DNA of 58,901 nt, counting the filler. It is 9 parts of 9 records of this genome, joined end to end, with 100 filler letters (N's around TTAATTAATTAA, not from the genome) between each part and the next. Parts side by side here need not be neighbours in the genome. Positions count along the whole stretch, not along the records: positions 7,179 to 13,135 come from SRR31147125_136450; positions 13,236 to 20,955 come from SRR31147125_136836; 7 more parts are not named here. One strand, written 5' to 3'. Every line of letters starts with the position of its first letter. The first letter of the stretch is position 1. Both the position numbers and the translations under genes were made by a program. The notes below the pieces were generated by a model, which saw only the letters and a program-made list of their open reading frames with translations, searched no databases and was not told the origin of the DNA. Positions 9,830 to 19,200 of the stretch are shown one piece after another.

Positions 9830-11094
9830 ATTGCTTTTCAGTCTGCTCCGGTATAGAAGCTGCAAGTGTGGCATGGCAGCCGCTGGGGTGGAAAGCTGTG
9901 GGGTTTGCAGAGATAGATAAGTTTCCGAGTGCGGTGTTGGCACATCATTATCCAGACGTGCCGAACTTCGGTGACTTCACTAAGGTGACCAAAGCCGATG
10001 TTGGAGATTTTGATTTGCTGGTTGGAGGGACTCCTTGTCAGGATTTCTCTATTGCCGGTAAGGGCGCAGGATGGGAAGGAGCGAGAGGGTCATTAACTTA
10101 TGAATATGTGCGATTACTGTCCAGAACAATGCCAGATTGGTTTGTTTGGGAAAATGTGCCGGGTGCAATACAAGGTGACAAGCGACTCGGATTTACTCGT
10201 TTTATCAGAAAACTTGGCGAACTCGGGTATGCTGTCGGATGGAGAGTGTTGGACGCACAGTATGTCAGAGTACCCGGATTTGAAAAAGCCGTCCCGCAAA
10301 GACGGAGACGTATCTTTCTTGTTGGGAATTCTTCAGCAGAACGTGTCAGAGAGGTACTCTTTAAGCCCGAAAGCAGGTGCTGGGATACTGAGGAGATCCG
10401 AAAAGAGAGGCAAGGAACTGCCGAAAATATTAGCCCTAGCACTACAGTCTACAGCAGAGAACAGTTCGGAGGATATGAAGAGGTAACAACAGGTGCATTT
10501 AGAACTTTATGCGCTAGGGATTATAGAGATCAAGGAGCTTCTGGTTTAGTCTGTGTTCATGGTTCTCAAGATCCTATAAGTAATTCAGAGACCGCAAATT
10601 GTATTGGTAGGAATCAGGGTCTTGAGGATGTTGTTGCAATTGCAGGGAATATTATCGGTAGACAGGCAAAGAATGGCGGTAATCATGATGGTTTCAGTGA
10701 GGATGGGGTGAGTTATACCCTGACTACAGCTGACAGGCATGCAGTGTGCTTTCAGCAGAACCAGAGGGATGAGGTCAGGCTTATTGGCGGTGACGGACAG
10801 ATTGCAGGTGCTATCGTTGCTGAAGCTGGAGTGAAGCAGCAGAATTATATCAAAGAGAAAACTATTGTCCGCAGGCTTACTCCAGTTGAGTGTGAGAGGT
10901 TGATGGGCTTTCCTGATGACTATACCTGTATTCCGTGGAATAAGAAACCAGCTGAGCGGTGTCCGGACAATCCGAGGTATAAGGCTCTTGGTAACAGTAT
11001 GGCGGTTAATTGTATGAGGTGGTTAGGAATGAGGATAGAGGAGGTGATAAAGAATGGTAGTTGTAAAACGGAGGAAGAATATGAGTGCAGTTGA
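9826..11094 (+). CDS. DNA (cytosine-5)-methyltransferase
   Basis: Motif I SVCSGI, IV GGTPCQDFS, VI WENVPG, VIII PQRRRRIF, IX RRLTPVECERLMGFP and X YKALGNSM. GTG start overlaps the upstream TGA. Confidence 0.95.
   Translation: MNCFSVCSGIEAASVAWQPLGWKAVGFAEIDKFPSAVLAHHYPDVPNFGDFTKVTKADVGDFDLLVGGTPCQDFSIAGKGAGWEGARGSLTYEYVRLLSRTMPDWFVWENVPGAIQGDKRLGFTRFIRKLGELGYAVGWRVLDAQYVRVPGFEKAVPQRRRRIFLVGNSSAERVREVLFKPESRCWDTEEIRKERQGTAENISPSTTVYSREQFGGYEEVTTGAFRTLCARDYRDQGASGLVCVHGSQDPISNSETANCIGRNQGLEDVVAIAGNIIGRQAKNGGNHDGFSEDGVSYTLTTADRHAVCFQQNQRDEVRLIGGDGQIAGAIVAEAGVKQQNYIKEKTIVRRLTPVECERLMGFPDDYTCIPWNKKPAERCPDNPRYKALGNSMAVNCMRWLGMRIEEVIKNGSCKTEEEYECS
10100..10486 (+). CDS. Nested +1-frame ORF resembling the beta polypeptide of M.EcoHK31I-type MTases
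   Basis: 128 codons entirely inside the MTase gene. ATG start with purine-rich GGAAGGAGCGAGAGGG upstream. Sequence NSGMLSDGECWT...YSLSPKAGAGILRRSEKRGKELP. Confidence 0.7.
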   Translation: MNMCDYCPEQCQIGLFGKMCRVQYKVTSDSDLLVLSENLANSGMLSDGECWTHSMSEYPDLKKPSRKDGDVSFLLGILQQNVSERYSLSPKAGAGILRRSEKRGKELPKILALALQSTAENSSEDMKR

Positions 11095-11524
11095 AATACT
11101 GGAGAAGATACGGGGCGAAGCAGAAAAGATGTTTCCTCATGAGGAAGTAGATGGGGCTGTTTATACTTCGTTGTCTAAAAAAATATCAGGATTCGAGATT
11201 AAACGGCTTGATTATATGGGTTTTCTGGTGTTGTATAAACATAAAACGAATATGTATCGGATAGACAATCTGTCTGGTGTGATGATAGGAGAGTCTGCAA
11301 AGTATGAGGATATACTTGAGATACTTCGTGTGGTTGCTAACTGTGGTAAGTCGGAAGAGGAGAAGACTATAGAAAATGAGTGGATAGAAGATGTGGAGTG
11401 TTGTCACAATTGTAACAATTATGATTTTGAAAATCAATTTTGTATTGAGCTTGATTCCTTTAAATCCGAGTCTGAATCATGTACTTATTGTGATATTAGA
11501 AAGCTAAAGGAGAATGTGAAATAA
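11081..11524 (+). CDS. Hypothetical phage protein with Cys-rich C-terminus
   Basis: SD GGAGGA before ATG 11081; CCHNC...C...CTYC cluster. Confidence 0.65.
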   Translation: MSAVEILEKIRGEAEKMFPHEEVDGAVYTSLSKKISGFEIKRLDYMGFLVLYKHKTNMYRIDNLSGVMIGESAKYEDILEILRVVANCGKSEEEKTIENEWIEDVECCHNCNNYDFENQFCIELDSFKSESESCTYCDIRKLKENVK

Positions 11525-11525
11525 A

Positions 11526-11717
11526 ATGCCAGTAGTTAAAGAGTGCAAGGATAGCGATAGTTTATATCGAGCTGAAGAGCATGTTGCCAGAAAGGAGCAT
11601 ATTTGTTGTGATTGTGGCAAGGTTATCCGTAAAGGTAATGAGTATTTTTCTGCTGTGACTATCGTTGATGAAAGATTCTATTATAAAAAATTCTGCTGGC
11701 TGTGCTGGTGGATTTAA
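11526..11717 (+). CDS. Small Zn-finger phage protein
   Basis: ARKEHICCDCGKVIRKG...FCWLC. Confidence 0.6.
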   Translation: MPVVKECKDSDSLYRAEEHVARKEHICCDCGKVIRKGNEYFSAVTIVDERFYYKKFCWLCWWI

Positions 11718-11730
11718 GTGAGGTGGATAG

Positions 11731-11928
11731 ATGGAGAATATTGAGGCTTATTGGAGTTTTCGGTTAGAGTGTACTTGCCCAAAATGCGATGAGGATGTCG
11801 ATTTACTGGAAGCCCCCGACTTCTGGGATGGTAGAGGGTATTTAAAAATACCCTGCCATAAAGAAGATGAAGTAGTGGTTTGTCCTGAATGTGGGCATGA
11901 GTTTATAGTTGATATAAATGATGATTAG
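11731..11928 (+). CDS. Small Zn-ribbon protein
   Basis: CPKC...CPECG; SD GAGGTG. Confidence 0.7.
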   Translation: MENIEAYWSFRLECTCPKCDEDVDLLEAPDFWDGRGYLKIPCHKEDEVVVCPECGHEFIVDINDD

Positions 11929-11945
11929 AGGTTGGGGGTAATGAA

Positions 11946-12344
11946 ATGAGAGGATTGATAATTAAGAAACCGTGGATTGATTATACTTTGGCGGGTAAGA
12001 AAGATTTTGAGATCAGGACACGGTCGACAAATATTCGGGAGCGTATAGGGTTGATCTGTGCGGGTACTGGGTTGGTTCTGGGTGAAGCGGATATTGTTGA
12101 GTGTAAGCAGTTGACAGATGTTACTCTTGATTATTATATAGGATTTGTATATCGGGAGCCTTTGCTTTCAGAGCTGCTTAAATATATTAATGAACTGAAA
12201 ACTAAGAAAGCGTATTTCTGGGAGCTTAAGAATATTGTTCGCTATGACAATCTTAAAAAATACAAACACCCGCAGGGTGCTCAGATGTGGATTAAGAATA
12301 TTAATTTTGTGGAGGAGTGGAAAGATAAAACCAATTATTATTAA
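11946..12344 (+). CDS. ASCH (PUA-like) domain protein
   Basis: GLIIKKPW...GKKDFEIR, GEADIV, HPQGAQMW. Confidence 0.85.
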   Translation: MRGLIIKKPWIDYTLAGKKDFEIRTRSTNIRERIGLICAGTGLVLGEADIVECKQLTDVTLDYYIGFVYREPLLSELLKYINELKTKKAYFWELKNIVRYDNLKKYKHPQGAQMWIKNINFVEEWKDKTNYY

Positions 12345-12567
12345 AACAAGAAAAGCATTATACGATCATGCCGATATGGTTGCGTCTTTTTGTCAGCAGA
12401 ATCTTATGAGTAAAGAACATAAGAAAAAATCATTGAGGCTTATCAACCAACTTAAATATTTGATTGATTGTGCAAGGGATCAGCCGGGACTGGAAACGTT
12501 TATCAACCTTGAGTATTTGGAGGCAAAAGCGGATAGTCTTTTAAGGTATATAGAATTAGAGGAGTGA
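12235..12567 (+). CDS. Hypothetical protein (true start uncertain, likely downstream of the ORF-track start)
   Basis: Fills the gap in the operon; the stop lies just before the next SD and ATG. Confidence 0.45.
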   Translation: MFAMTILKNTNTRRVLRCGLRILILWRSGKIKPIIIKTRKALYDHADMVASFCQQNLMSKEHKKKSLRLINQLKYLIDCARDQPGLETFINLEYLEAKADSLLRYIELEE

Positions 12568-12570
12568 TAT

Positions 12571-13020
12571 ATGAGTGAGGATTATGATTTCGGTAGGATG
12601 TATCTTGAGACTACCTGTGGAATTGAAATTGATTGTGAGCTTATTGGTGAAGAACGTGACAAGGCATCGGTGAGGGATGGAGAGGTGTTGCTTGCAGTTG
12701 TTAACTCTGCATTATATGCAGTCAATAAGGAGCGACTTATCTGTGGAGAACCGCTTTGGGCGGGCAAGGTGACGTTTGATCATAAGGAAGATGGATATAT
12801 TCTGACATTCTGCAGGCAGGATAATCCAAGTTGTTTTATGATGAGTATTGAAAGCAGCAAAGAGGGGTGGTATGTTCGTTATGGTGATCATTTACGGATG
12901 AAACCGGACAGATTGCCTGTAGGGTGCGGTCAGCATATGATTGAGGAAGTTATCGAGATGAATTGGGGTATATGTTTAGACAACTTAAAGGGAGATCAAA
13001 CGAATGAAGATGAATCTTGA
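12571..13020 (+). CDS. Hypothetical phage protein
   Basis: SD GAGGAG; 149-aa ORF in operon orientation. Confidence 0.7.
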   Translation: MSEDYDFGRMYLETTCGIEIDCELIGEERDKASVRDGEVLLAVVNSALYAVNKERLICGEPLWAGKVTFDHKEDGYILTFCRQDNPSCFMMSIESSKEGWYVRYGDHLRMKPDRLPVGCGQHMIEEVIEMNWGICLDNLKGDQTNEDES

Positions 13021-13135
13021 GGAATTGCGTAGAGAAGCTGCGTTTAAGATGACTGGAGAGCTGGATATTGATATTAGTATCGTTAAAGCGGTTATCAGTG
13101 TATACGGTCTTGTCAGTGAGGTAGGGCAGGGAAAA
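13004..13135 (+). CDS. Hypothetical protein, 3' truncated
   Basis: SD GGGAG, ATG 13004, open to the contig end. Confidence 0.5.
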
Positions 13136-13235
13136 NNNNNNNNNNNNNNNNNNNNNNNNNNNNNNNNNNNNNNNNNNNNTTAATTAATTAANNNNNNNNN
13201 NNNNNNNNNNNNNNNNNNNNNNNNNNNNNNNNNNN
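13136..13235. other. Artificial contig linker
   Basis: Same 100-nt linker. Confidence 0.99.
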
Positions 13236-16200
13236 CTCCCTCTCCTCCTCCTCCTCCTCCTCCTCAAGTACGCTCCCCTCGTCGTTCACTCTTTCCCCCA
13301 TTGCGAGACATTGAGATGAGTCGTGTTTTTCTGCTTTCTTCAAGGCTTCCTTTTCTTTTCTCCTGAGAACAATCTCCTGGAGGAATTCAAAGTCCACAAG
13401 AGGGAAGAAGGGCCCAAAGCTGCGGAAATCAGACTCGATTTGTTTGTCAACGTTCTTGTGTGCCTCTATTTCCATTTTCACAGACAATTTCTCAAGTCCG
13501 TCGTAGATGTACATGAGGAACACCATCGGCCAGAAGAGTGCAAAGATAATGGCACGACGAACAATACTCCGTCGTGATCCGTCCTTTCGATACCACTGAT
13601 GTCGAACAAACAACTTGAAGCGATAGTCGAGCCACGCGAAACACCGCCTTGAATATTTCAGGAAGAATTTGAGAATTCCCAGGGGTATGAGAATGGCGAT
13701 AAAGAGAATGGCTACCAGGCATCGGAACCAGCGCGGAATGACCAGTGCCCAGACATCCCAGAGCAACTGCCGGATCTTGTGCAGGGCAATGAGAACAATC
13801 AAGCTTATCAGGACAACGACAGGAATGGCCATGTAGAACAGCCACTTGACTTCATAGGACACTTGCACCTGACATTCAGGGTGAAGAAGCTCGATAGAGA
13901 AGGACAAGAAGCCCAAAAAGTTCATCACATCAATTACAATACTCGGCCACGGGATGCTGAAAAAGGAGAACAGGGCAGAGATTTGCACAAAACTGAAGAA
14001 GATGCGCATCGTTGCCAATCCACTCAATTTGCGTGAAATGAAGTAGAACATACACAGCATCAGTGTAACAAACATAATAAGCATGGCGAACATGAGCAGA
14101 AGGTTTGTCTCGGGACATTTCTTGCAGAATTCGTTCATCTTGTAGAAACCAATTTCACATTCACTGCACGCATACCCCATGTATCCATGCAAGCACGTGC
14201 TCTCTTCTCCACCCAGACAAGCTTGTGCTGGTGTACATATCATGAAGCAATTCTGAAGATCCAAACATCCTGGGATCTCCCAATAGCCTGATTGGGCACG
14301 AGGACGCTCTGTGCCGCCCGGACACGTTGCTCCAACCGGACAAGCCAGGCATTCAACCCCAGGTTCCTCAGAATAGTATCCCTCTTGACACACACAATCT
14401 ACAAGCTCTGCAGCACCAGCTGCAATTGTTGTTGTAAACACAGGACATTCCAAGCACTGTGTAGATCCTGTCTCAGTCTGGTACTCCCCCAGCGGACACA
14501 ACTTGCAGGCAGTGAGACCTTCCTCGTCACTGTATTCCCCAGCGATGCATGGTTGGCACGGAACAGTGAATGAGGGAGCAGCCGTCCCCGTCGAGCACGG
14601 CTTGTACTGAAAGTATTTGGGATTGGTGAGAGCACCGTGGAAATCGTTCGCGTTGTTTGAGATCATCACTTCCACGGTTCCTGGTGCTCGTGGTGGATTT
14701 TCACAGATGATTTCTGTATCAGAGATTGCATTTCCAACGACAACTTCCGTGCCAAAGCTCACACGAATCCGTTCGTTCGTCTCGGTCTCCGCAATCAAAC
14801 GGACAAAGTTCACTCCTCGAACAGTGACTGTCTTGTGACCATACTGATCCGTGAAGGTCGGATAGATAGAATCCACATAGGGCGGGGGATAGAACACAAA
14901 TTCTTTCTCCTGAAGAAGCCACTTTTGTCCACCATCGAAACTCACAGTCATCACGACCGCACTGGGTGTCAGAATCTCATCAAAGCGTGGAAGACTGAGG
15001 GATAAGGTGCTGGAGTCCACTGTGGTAGCGCGTACGTATTCCTTCTGGGTGGAACTCTGAGCGAAACAAACAATAGGATCTCCGCGAAGATGGAAACCAC
15101 CCGAGATCGTCAAAGAGGCTGTGCTCTCCTTAGTAGGCCCCAGAGGAGGTTCTACCGTGAACGTATTGTCTACATCTTGGTAAAAAACATCAACTGTCGA
15201 AGAGGACACAAATTGCTGTCCGTTGAGGGCAAGATGGGGGATAGCCTTCCCCAGCTTCGACTTGGAGGGAGCCGTGAATTTGTAGACGCGCCTTGTGGAA
15301 CAACCCGAGGAACGACAGAACTTGATCGCGGGGATACGATTCTCGGGAACACCGCGATCCTCCAGAGATTCCGCTGGATCATCATGCCATCGTACCGACT
15401 GCTGCTTGTAAGCGTAGCGCAACAGAATCCCTTCATCGGGAATAGTGCCATTTGCTGCAAGTCCACTGCTCGAAGAACGCGTCTCCGAGAAATCCAACAG
15501 GACACTCTTGCCGTCATAGACGATGGGAGTGTCCAACACAAGAGAAAGCCACTCATCGTCAATTATTGTGTCCTCGAGGTCGCCTGATGCAGTGAAGATC
15601 GTCTCAAGGGAGGCTGTCTGAAACCTATCCAGCGTTGACAAAGAGGAGGATCGGAACATCACTTTGAAGTTCTCGGTACCGAAGCTTGGTTTCTTGTACA
15701 GTTTGAGTGATATCGATACGATCACATCTCCACTCGCAATACCCATTTGCTCCATGTCATCCGATGTGTACAGGGCCTGGAAGCGATAACTGAAGGGACC
15801 TGTTCCAAAGGGCTCCCCAAGACGACGACTTGTAGCAACAGGATTGAGAGGTAGCATCTCATCGAAGAGGACGGGTGTTAGGGCAATGTCCACGTTCTCT
15901 TCCCCGATTCCTGTGTATTCAAGAAACATCCGTTCCTCTTCCGTCTCCACAAAGTGGGTACCCAGAACATAGACTGTGTTTCCACCCTTTAAATTGCTTG
16001 TGGGAGGAATGACAGTGGTGATCTGAGGATCCATATAGTAGAAGAAGGGTAACGAACCCATCTCCCCTCCACAACTGCCCAGAGTTACGTTCACCGTAGC
16101 ACTACTACTCTGCTTCGGAGAGATTAGGACAGCAGAGGTATCGTCAGTGGATGTGTCCACGCGGCCCTCTTCGTCTCCAAAGAACGTGACCAATGCAGAG

Positions 16201-19200
16201 TTAGGTCGAATTTCTCTTCCTTCAATCGTAATACTTGTCATTCCTGACACAGGCCCTGACCGTGGGCTGAGAGAAGTCATTTCTGTGTCGGGAAACAGTT
16301 CGGAGTACGTGTTGAACTCCAGATTATCAATAGCCCATTGTGCAGATGCTTCCGTTTGACGAAGTCGTATCTTTGTTGCAGGAGATCGAGCGGAGAGGGG
16401 AAGTGTCAATGTGATCGGCGTCCAACTCTCCCAGGGAGTCACATCTTCCCAAGTCTGCCATGCCGTCCCACCATCGGTGCTGAACTCAACAACCACCTTG
16501 TCACTCCCAGCTGGGGTGGCACACCACCGGAACTGTACAGTAAGAATACCCCCAAATCGCATGTCGAAGGGCTTGGAGGCTATCAGTCGCTCCACTCCTG
16601 TCGTTCCACCAAACACAAATGCTTCCCCGTCTACAGATCCACAACTCGCGCTCCGTCCCCCATTAGAAACGGTTTCCCACTGATAGGTATGGATGAAAGG
16701 ATCGAACGAGTCCCTCAGAAGGCTGCACGAGGGAGGAGGATCAAACGCAAAGGAAACTGTATCTATCACCTCGTATTGTTGGCCACGACTCAAGGAAACT
16801 TGGACAGGATAGACACCCTGGCCAAAGTCTCCCAACTCCGCAGTGCCCGCAAGGTTAAGGATGGGTGGTGTTGTGACAATAAGATTTCCATCCCCATCCA
16901 TGTCCTGTACAAGAACCTCGAACTCTGGATAATCCGAGGTTGTTCCGAATCGTACGCGCATGTCGTTTGCATCAGATACAGAACACAGAGGACACGCAAT
17001 CTGCAATTCCGTTCCACCAAAGATGGTTCCATTGGTTGGAGATACGTCTGTCACGGAAGGAACATTGTAGAACTCCAAGGTGACGCCATCGAGATTGAAC
17101 TGTTGTGAATTAGGGGATACCAGGATCGTAGAACTTCCAACATCCGAAGCCGGTGTCATACAGCGAACATGCGTTACGGAGGGGACTTCAGCTTCACTGG
17201 ATGTGTCAGGAACAGGCAATTCATAGTGTCCAAACCATCGAAGAGGGATATCTTCCGTTACTGTCTCGCGCACAGCACCCACATACAGGTATGTAAGGAC
17301 GGGAAGATTATGATTGGACAGAGTCAGGACAGGACAGCCCGACCCACCCCGTAATTGGACTGTTGATCCATCCATCACTTCGAGCTGGGCATACAGAGGT
17401 TCACTTTGGCCACAACTGGTACACTCTTCATCCACCCCGACACGCAAACACATCGTCGAGCACGAAACCGATGCAACCACCTCATCCGAGCCCGCAGAAG
17501 CACCGCTGGGTGGCCATTGAAATCCTATCGATGGAGAGAGACCCAAGAGTGCCGAGGCGCAAGAAGCCGAAGAATCGACCTCTCCAACAGAGATCACTTG
17601 GACTGGTCCCGAAGATGTATTGAACATCTCCACGGATCGCATAGGAACCTTCCCTTCAATCGCAGAAGAGAAGACGAGTTGACCAGATGCAAATGTGTAA
17701 AGGATATCCTGGGGGAGAGTCCAGCGTCCCACATTGGCAAAGGTGAAGGCATCGAAATCATCAAAGACGAATCCTCCCTTCGCTCGGTACTTGACGATGG
17801 AAAGACCCCCGTACAAAAGGTTCACAGTCGTTGTGGATGATGCACCGAGGGGAGGCGTACGAATGAACAGCTCCATCGCAGATAATCCACACGTCGTCGG
17901 ATCAAAGAACGAAGGCAGTTCGTTAGCAAGATCAGCATCCCGCACAGTAAGGTCTCCACAAGATCCCGTCATACGTCCCTCTTCTATGAGTGTTTGCGTG
18001 TCCATGGTGATACGTAGAACAGCCCCCTGGGCAAGAGGGGTGCCATGAGAATTTGTGACCGTGATCGGCTGACGATGGGTCAACTCAAGGGCTTGGCGCG
18101 TTGAGACTCCGTCAAATTGGCATGCATACTCTCGAGTAGCAACCAAATTCGTTCCAAATACATCCACAGGCGTATTTCCCGAGGCGGGGGCATGTGTTGG
18201 AAGGACGCTATCCACAGTAAAGGGGCCTACCGTGTGAGTGTGTGAGTGTGTGTGCGAGTGTGTCATCATCACTCTACGTACCATATACAAGGAATGAGAC
18301 GCTGTTGCTCTCAAATATCGAATCAATACGAAGCTCCATCGTCTGGGTTCCCAGTGCCATCCCACTTGGAGTTTCACAATGTAGTGCTGTTCCCTCACTG
18401 ACAACCGTGCAAGATGCTTCCAGTGTTCCTCCAAAACGAACCACAGTTACTCCTGTCATGTAGAATGTTCCATTCACAGTGACTACCGTGTCGCCTGAAT
18501 CGGGCCCACTCGTCGGCGAAATGACGTCAATAACAGGTGGATCATAAAACGTGAACGACATTTCCTCGTGGTATTGTTGGTCATTGAGTGTCACGCGTAC
18601 ATTGACATCGTCCGTCTCCAGTGGGACTTGAGGGAGGGTTGCCTCGATTTCTGTTGGAGAGATCATGGAGCCAGAGAAGGTCGACACCACTTCCAAATCA
18701 CTGACGCGAACCAGAGACACATCAATCAGGCTGCTATTCACAAATCCGCTCCCAAGAATCGAGACGGGAATCAGTCCACGAATAGGAGCGAACTCCAGGG
18801 ACAGCCCACTGACATGGGCATCGTAGAATGTATACTCGGCACCTACATCGGCATATTGCTGACCATTCAAGGAAACTTGAAGCGTCACCAACTCGGGTGT
18901 AGCTACAACAGGAGACACACACTTAAGGTGCGTCGAATCAAGGACTTCGGCTGCGACCGTATTCTCTGGGGGTCCAAAGCGACAGAAAATGGTTCCCGTG
19001 TCCTCAAGATGATATACAGTCAGGGAAACATCGGTATCTCCGGAAATGGGGCCGAGTGGTGGATAGATGGAGGTGATCTCCACAGGAGTGGCGTAGTAGC
19101 TGAACATATAGCCATTCGTGGTGTATACACGGTCATCTAACGAAAGCTCAACAGATACATCCTCTGTCTTACTTCCCAACGGAGGCCAGGATGGTGACAG

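Larger units (their letters stand above)
7179..13135 (+). mobile_element. Phage or prophage early/DNA-metabolism module
   Basis: Many short co-oriented ORFs with GGAGG-type SD sites and ATGA/GTGA overlaps; two MTases, SMC-like ATPase, ASCH and Zn-finger ORFs; no housekeeping genes. No structural or integrase gene is in the fragment. Confidence 0.8.
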
